From Acidimicrobiales bacterium (lineage in GTDB: Bacteria > Actinomycetota > Acidimicrobiia > Acidimicrobiales > Bog-793), in the NCBI GenBank assembly GCA_035533595.1, contig DATLTN010000024.1, positions 1,661 through 65,660 of the forward strand: DNA of 64,000 bases, read 5' to 3'. The notes below the pieces were generated by a model, which ran no database searches, was not told the DNA's origin, and saw nothing but the letters and a program-made list of their open reading frames with translations. Both the position numbers and the translations under genes were made by a program. Positions 27,660 to 35,712 of this stretch are shown here, in pieces (within the stretch, counting starts at the first letter, position 1; each line of letters starts with the position of its first letter).

Positions 27660-28544
27660 ATGGACACCACGGCGATCAAGAGCGTCCAAAGCGAGGGAGC
27701 GGTCGCCTCCGCGGCCCACCCCGCCGCCGGCGATGAGGCCTACTGGCGCCGAAGGGAGGCGATCAACGCCGCTGTCGCCGCCCGCGGCGAGGGAGCACCG
27801 ATCCCCCTCGTCGACTACCTCGAGGAGGAAGACGCTGTCTGGCGACAGGTGAGCGAGGTGTTGGGCCCCCGCCATCGCCGCCACGCCTGCACCGCCTTCC
27901 TCGACGGCGTCACCCGCCTCGACCTCCCCCGCGACCGCATCCCGCAGCTGCGCGAGGTCGACCGCTGCCTGCGGGCGCTCACCGGCTTCTCGATCCGCCC
28001 CGTCGGCGGTCTCGTCGGCCCGACCGAGTTCTACGGCTCGCTGGCCGAGCGTGCCTTCTGCTCGACCCAGTACGTCCGCCACCACGCGACGCCCTTCTAC
28101 ACGCCCGAGCCGGACATCGTGCACGAGCTCATCGGCCACGCCACGATGCTCGCCGAGCCCGACCTCGCCGCCCTCTACCAGCTTGCGGGCACGGCCTCGC
28201 GGCGAGCCGAGAGCGAGTCGGCCCTCGACTTCTTCTCGCGGGTCTTCTGGTTCGCGCTCGAGTTCGGGGTGGTGCTCGAGGAGGGACGGCCCAAGGCCTA
28301 CGGGGCGGGGTTGCTCTCCTCCTGCGGCGAGATCGAGGCCTTCACCGCCGCGGAGATGCGCCCCTTCGACCTCGCCGCGATGGGCACCACCGACTACGAC
28401 ATCACCCACTACCAGCCGCTTTTGTTCCTCGCGCCCTCGTTCTCGGAGATGACCGGGCGCCTAGGCGAGTTCTTCTCGGCCTTCGACGACGAGCTCGCCG
28501 AACGCCTCCGCCGGGAGGCTCAGGAAAGCCAGCTCCGCAGGTAG
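27660..28544 (+). CDS. phhA: Phenylalanine 4-monooxygenase (aromatic amino acid hydroxylase)
   Basis: The iron-ligand region is FYTPEPDIVHELIGHATML and FWFALEFG, followed by AYGAGLLSSCGE. Confidence 0.9.
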   Translation: MDTTAIKSVQSEGAVASAAHPAAGDEAYWRRREAINAAVAARGEGAPIPLVDYLEEEDAVWRQVSEVLGPRHRRHACTAFLDGVTRLDLPRDRIPQLREVDRCLRALTGFSIRPVGGLVGPTEFYGSLAERAFCSTQYVRHHATPFYTPEPDIVHELIGHATMLAEPDLAALYQLAGTASRRAESESALDFFSRVFWFALEFGVVLEEGRPKAYGAGLLSSCGEIEAFTAAEMRPFDLAAMGTTDYDITHYQPLLFLAPSFSEMTGRLGEFFSAFDDELAERLRREAQESQLRR

Positions 28545-29674
28545 GAGGGGTCGGCGCAGCCACGCGCCGAGGGGCTCACCGCGAGCGGCGAGAAGGTATC
28601 GATCATCACCGCCGTCTCGTCGGTGCGCGACGCCCCGAGCGAGGCCTCGACGGCGCCGGGCTGCGGGCCGTGCACGAAGCCCGCCGGGTGCAGCGTCATC
28701 GAGCAGCGGCCGATTCCGCTGCCGGCGCGACTGAGGAAGTCCCCGTCCGCGTAGAAGATGACCTCGTCGCTGTCGGTGTTGGCGTGGTGATAGGGGGCGG
28801 GCACGGCGCGCGGGTCGAAGTCGAGGGGCCGCGGCACGAAGCTGCAGACGACGAAGGCGGGCCCCACGAAGGTCTGGTGCACCGGTGGCGGCTGATGGAA
28901 GCGCCCCACGACGGGCTCGAAGTCGGCGATCGAGAGCGCGAGCGGGTAGACCGAGCCGTCCCAGCCGACGACGTCGAAGGGATGGTGCGCGTAGCGGTGC
29001 CGCGCCCAGCCGGCGCGGTGGCGGATGATCACCTCCACCTCCTCCCCCTCCTCGAGGAGGGGCTCCGCCGGCGCCCGCAGGTCGCGCTCGGAGAACGGAG
29101 CACCCTCGAGGAAGTGGCCGCCCGGGCCGACGTAGCGCTCCGGGAAGCCGAGGTGGCCGCGCGCCTCGAGGATCAACAGGTCGACGCCGTCGGCGTCGTC
29201 GACCACGAGGCGGTGCGTGGTCGAGGCAGGCACGAGCAGGTAGTCGCCCGCAGCGAAGGGGAGGCGTCCGAAGACCGACTCGAGGACCCCGCGCCCGCGC
29301 TGCACGTAGAGGAGCTCGTCGCCGGCCGCGTTGCGATAGAGAGGCCCGGAGCCACAGGCGCGCGCGAAGCACACCGTGACCTCGGCGTTGCCGAGCAGCA
29401 CGTGACGGCCGAGGACGGGGTCGTCCGCCGCGGCGAGCTCGCCGAGGCGGAGGTGCATCGGCTCCAGCGCGGCGTTCGGTGACGTCTCCTCGCGTGCGAC
29501 GACGAGCGCCTCGGCGAAGAGCAGGGCGCTCGGCGAGTGACGGTGGTAGAGCAGCGACGAGGGGCCGGAGAAGCCCGCCTGGCCGACGAGCTCCTCGGCG
29601 AGGCGCCCCTCGACCCCCTCGAACAGCGAGTGCTCCTTCTTCGGCAACTCGCCGACGCTGCGGTAGCCGGCCAT
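28520..29674 (-). CDS. hmgA: Homogentisate 1,2-dioxygenase (short, ~384 aa form)
   Basis: The cupin core is DELLYVQRGRGVLES.FG. The motifs PYHHANTDSDEVIFYADGDF.SR and MTLHPAGFVHGPQPG also match. The start is an internal ATG (MAGYRSVGELPKKEH) of ORF 28520..30349. Confidence 0.85.
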   Translation of the reverse strand: MAGYRSVGELPKKEHSLFEGVEGRLAEELVGQAGFSGPSSLLYHRHSPSALLFAEALVVAREETSPNAALEPMHLRLGELAAADDPVLGRHVLLGNAEVTVCFARACGSGPLYRNAAGDELLYVQRGRGVLESVFGRLPFAAGDYLLVPASTTHRLVVDDADGVDLLILEARGHLGFPERYVGPGGHFLEGAPFSERDLRAPAEPLLEEGEEVEVIIRHRAGWARHRYAHHPFDVVGWDGSVYPLALSIADFEPVVGRFHQPPPVHQTFVGPAFVVCSFVPRPLDFDPRAVPAPYHHANTDSDEVIFYADGDFLSRAGSGIGRCSMTLHPAGFVHGPQPGAVEASLGASRTDETAVMIDTFSPLAVSPSARGCADPSYLRSWLS

Positions 29675-29679
29675 CGCGC

Positions 29680-30810
29680 TCAGGCCGTCGGGTCGAGATT
29701 GCCGCGGCGGCCCTGCTCGCGCTCGATCGCCTCGAAGAGCGCCTTGAAGTTCCCCTCTCCGAAGCCCGTCGCACCCCGCCGCTCGATGACCTCGAGGAAC
29801 AACGTCGGACGGTCGCCGAGGGTCTCGGTGAAGACCTGCAGCAGGTAGCCACCCGACTCGACGTCGACGAGCACGCCGAGGCGCTCGAGCTCGCCCCAGG
29901 GGAGGTCGATCGCACCGACGCGCCGACGGGCCTCGGGGTAGTACTCGGCCGGCGGGACGAGGAAGCGCACGCCCCGGCGCTGCAGCTCGTCGACCGTGCC
30001 GACGATGTCCTCGGTGGCGAGCGCCACGTGCTGGACCCCGGGTCCGACATAGGCGTCGAGGTACTCCTCGATCTGGCTCTTGCGCCGGCCGGGGGCGGGC
30101 TCGTTGACCGGCAGCACGACATCGCGGCCGTTCCAGAGCACCGTCGAACGCAGCGCCGAGAACTCGGTCCCGATCGCGTCGGCGTCGAAATGCCGCATCT
30201 CCTTGAGGCCGAGGACCGACCTGTGCCACGCCACCCACTCGTCGAGCCGGCCCTCCTCGACGTTGGCGACGACGTGGTCGATCCTGGCGAGGCCGACCGG
30301 ACCGCCGCTCGCGACGCTCGGCAGCCCCTCGCTGACGAGTGCCGGCCACAGCTCGGCACCGTCGAGGGCGGCGTCGACGAGCTGGAGGCGGGTCTCCCCG
30401 TAGGCGACGATCGACGCTGTCCTCGACGGGGTCTCCCCGTCGGCGCCGCCGTCCCCTTCCAGGTGGGCGCCGCGGCGCCGCGCCGCGGCGACGCTCTGCG
30501 CGAGGTCGCGGACGCCGAGCGCGACGGAGCGGACACCGTCGCCGTGGCGCGCGACGTGCGCGGCGATCGGCGAGCCCTCCGCGAGCGGGGCGGTGACGGC
30601 GAGCTCGATCGAGCCCTCGCGGAGCAGGTAGGTGACGCGATCCCGGACACCGGTCTCCGGACCGAGGTAGCCGACGCAGGTGAAGCCGAAGCCGGACTGC
30701 AGGAGATGGGTGAAGGCACGGGCGTTCCCCACCCAGAGCTCGAGGTGGTGGAAGCCGGTCATCAGGTCGGCGGGCGCCGTGGCCGGCGCGGCCTCGATGG
30801 TGCTCGTCAT
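29680..30810 (-). CDS. hppD: 4-hydroxyphenylpyruvate dioxygenase
   Basis: The motifs are FHHLELWVGNA and VQHVALATEDI, with the hallmark C-terminus GFGEGNFKALFEAIEREQ. I preferred the ATG at 30810 over the TTG at 30837 used by the ORF track. Confidence 0.9.
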   Translation of the reverse strand: MTSTIEAAPATAPADLMTGFHHLELWVGNARAFTHLLQSGFGFTCVGYLGPETGVRDRVTYLLREGSIELAVTAPLAEGSPIAAHVARHGDGVRSVALGVRDLAQSVAAARRRGAHLEGDGGADGETPSRTASIVAYGETRLQLVDAALDGAELWPALVSEGLPSVASGGPVGLARIDHVVANVEEGRLDEWVAWHRSVLGLKEMRHFDADAIGTEFSALRSTVLWNGRDVVLPVNEPAPGRRKSQIEEYLDAYVGPGVQHVALATEDIVGTVDELQRRGVRFLVPPAEYYPEARRRVGAIDLPWGELERLGVLVDVESGGYLLQVFTETLGDRPTLFLEVIERRGATGFGEGNFKALFEAIEREQGRRGNLDPTA

Positions 30811-30831
30811 GCAGAAATGGAACGCCTCTCC

Positions 30832-30866
30832 GCTCAAGAAGTCAAGTGGATGAGAATTTCTTGAGC
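30832..30866. promoter_or_regulatory. Perfect 9-bp inverted repeat in the hppD/lrp divergent region (candidate Lrp-type operator)
   Basis: gctcaagaa (30832-30840) and ttcttgagc (30858-30866) are separated by 17 nt in the most A/T-rich part of the spacer. A tatact hexamer at 30888-30893 ends 7 nt before the lrp ATG. Confidence 0.35.
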
Positions 30867-30900
30867 ATATTTGCAGTGAAATCGCTCTATACTGAACGAT

Positions 30901-31392
30901 ATGACCACCATGGAGCTCGACGACCTCGACCGGCGCCTCCTCCTCGCCCTCGGGGCGCGGCCGCGCGCCGGGATGCTCGAGCTCTCACGATCCCTCGGTG
31001 TCGCCCGCAACACCGCGCAGGCCCGCCTCGACCGCCTCACCGCTGCCGGGGTGGTGACCGGTTTCGGCCCCGACCTCGACCTCGCCGCCCTCGGCTACCA
31101 GGTCACCGCCTTCACCACGCTCGAGATCTCCCAGGGGCGCTCCGGCGACGTGCTGGAGCACCTGCGCTCGATCCCCGAGGTCGCCGAGGTGCACCGCACG
31201 ACCGGTGCGGGTGACCTCCTCTGCCGGATCGTCGCCACCAGCAACGACCACCTCGCGCTGCTCCTCGACCGCATCCTCGAGGTACACGGGATCGCGCGCA
31301 CGACGACCGCGATCGCCCTCGACACGCCCCTTCCGAGCCGCTCGCTGCAGCTCCTCGCGGCGCAGACGGCGGACGCCGCGGCGACCGGCTGA
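30901..31392 (+). CDS. Lrp/AsnC family transcriptional regulator
   Basis: The HTH is LDRRLLLALGARPRAGMLELSRSLGVARNTAQARLDRLTAAGVV, followed by a RAM domain. Confidence 0.85.
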   Translation: MTTMELDDLDRRLLLALGARPRAGMLELSRSLGVARNTAQARLDRLTAAGVVTGFGPDLDLAALGYQVTAFTTLEISQGRSGDVLEHLRSIPEVAEVHRTTGAGDLLCRIVATSNDHLALLLDRILEVHGIARTTTAIALDTPLPSRSLQLLAAQTADAAATG

Positions 31393-31445
31393 GCGGGCGG
31401 GTTTGGAGAGGCCGTGAGAGAGGGAATGCTGAGCGAGGTGAAGCG

Positions 31446-33563
31446 ATGACCCGCTCGACCGAAGAGCGCCGCAGCCCGAGCACGGCGATCTTCCCCGTCG
31501 CCGAGGTGCTCGAGGACCTGCGGCGCGCCCTCGTCTCGCGCTTCCTCGACGAGCGCGAGCTCACCCTGCAGAAGCAGGGGCGGGTCTTCTTCCAGGTCTC
31601 CGCCGCCGGCCACGAGGCGCTGCAGCTCGCGCTCGCGCGGGCGCTGCGCCCCGGGGTCGACTGGGTCTTCCCCTACTACCGCGACCGCACCCTCGCCCTC
31701 GCCCTCGGCGTCACGCCCGAGGAGATGCTCCTGCAGGCGGTCGGCTCCTCGGCCGACCCCGCCTCGGGGGGCCGGCAGATGCCCTGTCACTTCAGCTCGC
31801 CCGCGCTGCACATCGCGACGACCTCGAGCCCGACGACGAGCCAGTGCCTTCCCGCCGTCGGCTGCGCCGAGGCCTCCCGCTACCTGAACGCGCACGGGCC
31901 GCTCGCCGCCTGCAGCGCCACGCCGGACGAGATCACCGTCACCACCCTCGGCGACGGCGCCTGCTCGGAGGGCGAGTTTTGGGAGGCCCTCAACACCGCC
32001 TGCACGTTGCGCCTCCCGCTGCTGTTCGTCGTCGAGGACAACGGCTTCGCGATCTCGGTGCCGGCGAGCGAGCAGTCACCGGGGCCAATCACCGCGCTCA
32101 CCTCGGGCTGGCCGGGGCTGCACCGCATCGACGTCGACGGGACCGACTACTTCGCGGCCCGCGAGGCGATCGCCTACGCGGTCTCCGACACGCGCGCGGG
32201 GAACGGCCCGTGGCTCATCCGGGGGCGCACCACCCGCCCTTACTCGCACTCCGCCGCCGACACGCAGTCCAAGTACCGCGGTCCCGAGGAGCTCGCCGAG
32301 GAGGCCGAACGCGACCCCATCGCCCGCCTCGAGGCGGCGCTCCTCGAGATGGGCGCGATCACCGAGGAGGGGCTGACGGCGCTGCGCGCGGAGGCTTTCG
32401 CGACCGTCGCCGCGGCCGCCACCGCGGTGCTCGCCGCACCCCGTCCGGACCCCGCCGGCATCACGGAGCAGCTCACCGCCCTCCCCCCACCGTCCGCCGC
32501 CGCGCCGGGGCCCCGCCCCTCGCGCCGCGAGGGGGCGCACGAGGACGAGGTGATGATGGGGGAGGCGATCCGACGGGCCCTCGGCGAGCTGATGGAGGGC
32601 GACGAGCGGATCCGTCTCTTCGGCGAGGACGTAGCCGACGCGCGCGTCGAGCTCCTGGAGCGCGTCGAGGGAAAGGGGGGCGTCTTCGGGACGACCCTCG
32701 GCCTGCAGCGCCGCTTCGGCGTCGACCGCTGCTTCAACACCCCCCTCGCCGAGGCGAACATCGTCGGGCGCGCCGTCGGCCAGGCGCTGCGCGGCCTGCA
32801 CCCGGCGCCCGAGATCCAGTTCTTCGACTACGTCTGGCCGGCGATGCAGCAGATCCGCTCCGAGGCGGCGACGATCCGCTGGCGCTCGAACGGCGCCTTC
32901 CACTGCCCCCTCGTGCTGCGTATCCCGATCGGCGGCTACCTGACGGGTGGCGCGATCTGGCACTCGCAGTGCGGCGAGTCGATCTTCACGCACATCCCGG
33001 GGCTGCTCGTCGCCTTTCCGTCGCGCGCCGAGGACGCCGTCGGGCTGCTGCGGACGGCCTTCTCGCTCGAGGACCCGGTGCTCTTCCTCGAGCACAAGCA
33101 CCTCCTCCGGCAGCGCTACACCCGCGACCCCTACCCCGAGGCGGGCTTCGCCGTCCCCTTCGGAAAGGCGCGGCTCTGCCGGCCGGGGCGCGACCTCACG
33201 ATCGTCACCTACGGGGCGACGGTCGAGAAGTCCCTGCAGGCCGCGGCGCTCCTCGCCGGGGAGGGCACCGAGGTCGAGGTCCTCGACCTCCGCACGCTCT
33301 CCCCCTGGGACCAAGAGGCGGTCGCCGAGTCGGCGGCGCGCACCAGCCGGGTCCTCGTCGTCCACGAGGACACGCTGACGAGCGGCTTCGGCGCGGAGAT
33401 CGCGGCGTGGGTCGGCCAGCACTGCTTCACCGACCTCGACGCCCCCGTGACGCGCCTCGCGGCACGCGACACCTGGGTGAGCTACGAGCCCGAGCTCGAG
33501 CGGGCGACCCTCCCCCAGACCGAAGGGATCGCCGCCGCGGCACGCGAGCTGCTCGGCTTCTGA
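31446..33563 (+). CDS. 2-oxoacid (branched-chain-type) dehydrogenase E1 component, fused alpha and beta subunits
   Basis: The N-terminal part has the E1-alpha ThDP motif GDGACSEGEFWEALNTA..LPLLFVVEDNGFAIS. After a Pro/Ala linker comes E1-beta (MMGEAIRRALGELMEGDERIRLFGEDV...FNTPLAEANIVG). It is a single 705-codon frame. Confidence 0.85.
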   Translation: MTRSTEERRSPSTAIFPVAEVLEDLRRALVSRFLDERELTLQKQGRVFFQVSAAGHEALQLALARALRPGVDWVFPYYRDRTLALALGVTPEEMLLQAVGSSADPASGGRQMPCHFSSPALHIATTSSPTTSQCLPAVGCAEASRYLNAHGPLAACSATPDEITVTTLGDGACSEGEFWEALNTACTLRLPLLFVVEDNGFAISVPASEQSPGPITALTSGWPGLHRIDVDGTDYFAAREAIAYAVSDTRAGNGPWLIRGRTTRPYSHSAADTQSKYRGPEELAEEAERDPIARLEAALLEMGAITEEGLTALRAEAFATVAAAATAVLAAPRPDPAGITEQLTALPPPSAAAPGPRPSRREGAHEDEVMMGEAIRRALGELMEGDERIRLFGEDVADARVELLERVEGKGGVFGTTLGLQRRFGVDRCFNTPLAEANIVGRAVGQALRGLHPAPEIQFFDYVWPAMQQIRSEAATIRWRSNGAFHCPLVLRIPIGGYLTGGAIWHSQCGESIFTHIPGLLVAFPSRAEDAVGLLRTAFSLEDPVLFLEHKHLLRQRYTRDPYPEAGFAVPFGKARLCRPGRDLTIVTYGATVEKSLQAAALLAGEGTEVEVLDLRTLSPWDQEAVAESAARTSRVLVVHEDTLTSGFGAEIAAWVGQHCFTDLDAPVTRLAARDTWVSYEPELERATLPQTEGIAAAARELLGF

Positions 33564-33580
33564 GCCTGCGGCGCAGGCGC

Positions 33581-34777
33581 TCAGCCCTCGCTACGGCCGA
33601 GCGGCGTCGAGAGGCCGAGCTCGCGGGCAATCAGCAGGCGCAGGATCTCGCTCGTCCCCTCGCCGATCTCGAGCGCCTTCGCGTCCCGGTAGAAGCGGCC
33701 GACCGGCGACTCGTTCATGAAGCCGTAGCCCCCGAAGATCTGCGTCGCGTCGCGCGCGTTCTGCATCGCCGCCTCCGAGCCGACGAGCTTCGCGATCGCG
33801 GCCTCCCGCTTGAAGGGCTCCCCGCGCAGCGCCTTGGAGGCGGCCTGCCAGTAGGCGAGGCGGGCGGTGTGGGCGCGGGCGTCCATGTCGGCGAGCTTGA
33901 ACTGGATGCCCTCGAACTGGCCGATCGGCTGCCCGAAGGCGACGCGCTCGCCGGCGTAGCGGACCGCCTCGTCGAGGCACCCCTGCGCGAGGCCGGTGCA
34001 GATCGCGGCGATCGCCACCCGCCCCTCGTCGAGGATCTGCAGGAACTGCGCGTAGCCCCGCCCCTCGACGCCGATCAGGTTCTCGACGGGGACCCGGCAG
34101 TCGGTGAAGGCGAGCTCGTGGGTGTCGGTCGCCCCCCAGCCGACCTTGGAGTAGGACTTCCCGACGTCAAAGCCGGGCGTGCCCGCGGGGATGAGGATCG
34201 TCGAGATCCCGGCGCGCTCCCCGCCGCCGCCGGTCAGCGCGGCGACGACGACACAGCCGGTGATCGAGGTCCCCGAGTTGGTGATGAAGGACTTCGCGCC
34301 GTTGATCACCCAGTCGTCGCCGACGCGCTCGGCGCGCGTCCGTAGCGCGCCGGCGTCCGAGCCGCCGTCGGGCTCGGTGAGGCCGAAGCCGGCGAGCATC
34401 TCGCCTGAGCACAGGCGCGGCAGCCACTCCGCGCGCTGGGCGTCGCTGCCGTAGCGGTGGATCGCCATCGCGCCGAGGTCGACCGCGGCCTCGACGGTGA
34501 TCGCCACCGAGGTATCGACGCGGGCGAGCTCCTCGAGCGCGAGCGAGAGGCCGAACAGGTCGCCCCCCATGCCGCCGAACTCCTCGGGGAAGGGGATCCC
34601 GAAGACCCCGAGCTCACCGAGGCGGCGGACGATCTCGTAGGGGAACTCCTCGCGCTCGTAGAACGCGCCGATCTGCGGGGCGATGACCTCGTGCGCGAAG
34701 CGCTCGACGAGGCGCCGCAGCTCCTCGAGCTCCGGGTCGAGGCGGTGGTCGAAACCGGCCGTCATTGTCGAGCTCAT
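33581..34777 (-). CDS. Acyl-CoA dehydrogenase (isovaleryl-CoA dehydrogenase-like by context)
   Basis: It has ACAD motifs (GLTEPDGGSDA, C-terminal LEIGEGTSEILRLLIAREL) and sits adjacent to the MCC and HMG-CoA lyase genes. Confidence 0.85.
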   Translation of the reverse strand: MSSTMTAGFDHRLDPELEELRRLVERFAHEVIAPQIGAFYEREEFPYEIVRRLGELGVFGIPFPEEFGGMGGDLFGLSLALEELARVDTSVAITVEAAVDLGAMAIHRYGSDAQRAEWLPRLCSGEMLAGFGLTEPDGGSDAGALRTRAERVGDDWVINGAKSFITNSGTSITGCVVVAALTGGGGERAGISTILIPAGTPGFDVGKSYSKVGWGATDTHELAFTDCRVPVENLIGVEGRGYAQFLQILDEGRVAIAAICTGLAQGCLDEAVRYAGERVAFGQPIGQFEGIQFKLADMDARAHTARLAYWQAASKALRGEPFKREAAIAKLVGSEAAMQNARDATQIFGGYGFMNESPVGRFYRDAKALEIGEGTSEILRLLIARELGLSTPLGRSEG

Positions 34778-35712
34778 CCCCGTACCTCCTGCTCAAGTGC
34801 CCGGAGGGTCCGGGAGCGCTCCTCCCTGCCCAGGGCACGACATACCCAATCGGCGGTGCGCACGAGCCCCTCGAGGTCGACGCCGGTCGCGATCCCGAGG
34901 CCCTCGAGCTGCCACAGCAGGTCCTCGGTGGCGAGGTTGCCCGTCGCGCTGCCGGCGAAGGGGCAGCCGCCGAGGCCGGCGACGGAGGAGTCGACCACCT
35001 CGATGCCCTCCTCGAGCGCCGAGAAGGTGTTGGCCAGCGCCTGGCCGAAGGTGTCGTGGAAGTGCACCGCGAGGGCAGCCGGGGCGTGGCCCGCCGCCCC
35101 GAGGGCGCCGAGCAGGTGCTTCACCTGCCCCGGCGTCGCCACGCCGATCGTGTCCCCGAGGCTCACCTCCGCGCAGCCCACCGCGAACAGCTCGTCGACC
35201 ACCTTCACGACCTCCTCCTCGGCCACCTCGCCCTCCCAGGGGTCGCCGAAGCACATCGAGACGTAGCCACGGAGCGCGAGCCCCGCGGCGAGGGCCTCCC
35301 CGGCGAGCGCGCGGATCTCCGCCATCGACTCGGCGCGCGACCGGCCGAGGTTGGCGTTGGCGAAGGACTCGGTGGCGCTCGCGAAGACGGCGACCTCGGC
35401 GACCCCGAGCGCGAGCGCCCGCTCGAGGCCGCGGCGGTTGGGGACGAGCACCGAGTAGCGGACGTCGTCGCGCCGCTCCAGGCGGCGGAGGAGCTGCTCG
35501 GCGTCGGCCAGCTGCGGCACCCGATCGGGGCGGACGAGGCTCGTCACCTCGAGGTCGCTGAGGCCGCAGTCGGCGAGGCGATCGAGGAGCTCGAGCTTGA
35601 GGGCGAGCGGGACCGGGCGCGGCTCGTTCTGCAGCCCGTCACGGGCCCCGACCTCGTGGATGCGGACCCGCGCCGGCAGGCCGGCGGCCGTGACGCGCGG
35701 CGGGTGCCGCAT
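34774..35712 (-). CDS. Hydroxymethylglutaryl-CoA lyase
   Basis: The motifs are VRIHEVGARDGLQNE, HFHDTFGQALAN and GLGGCPFA. The start is an internal ATG (MRHPPRV) of ORF 34774..35868, sharing 1 nt with the upstream stop. Confidence 0.88.
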   Translation of the reverse strand: MRHPPRVTAAGLPARVRIHEVGARDGLQNEPRPVPLALKLELLDRLADCGLSDLEVTSLVRPDRVPQLADAEQLLRRLERRDDVRYSVLVPNRRGLERALALGVAEVAVFASATESFANANLGRSRAESMAEIRALAGEALAAGLALRGYVSMCFGDPWEGEVAEEEVVKVVDELFAVGCAEVSLGDTIGVATPGQVKHLLGALGAAGHAPAALAVHFHDTFGQALANTFSALEEGIEVVDSSVAGLGGCPFAGSATGNLATEDLLWQLEGLGIATGVDLEGLVRTADWVCRALGREERSRTLRALEQEVRG

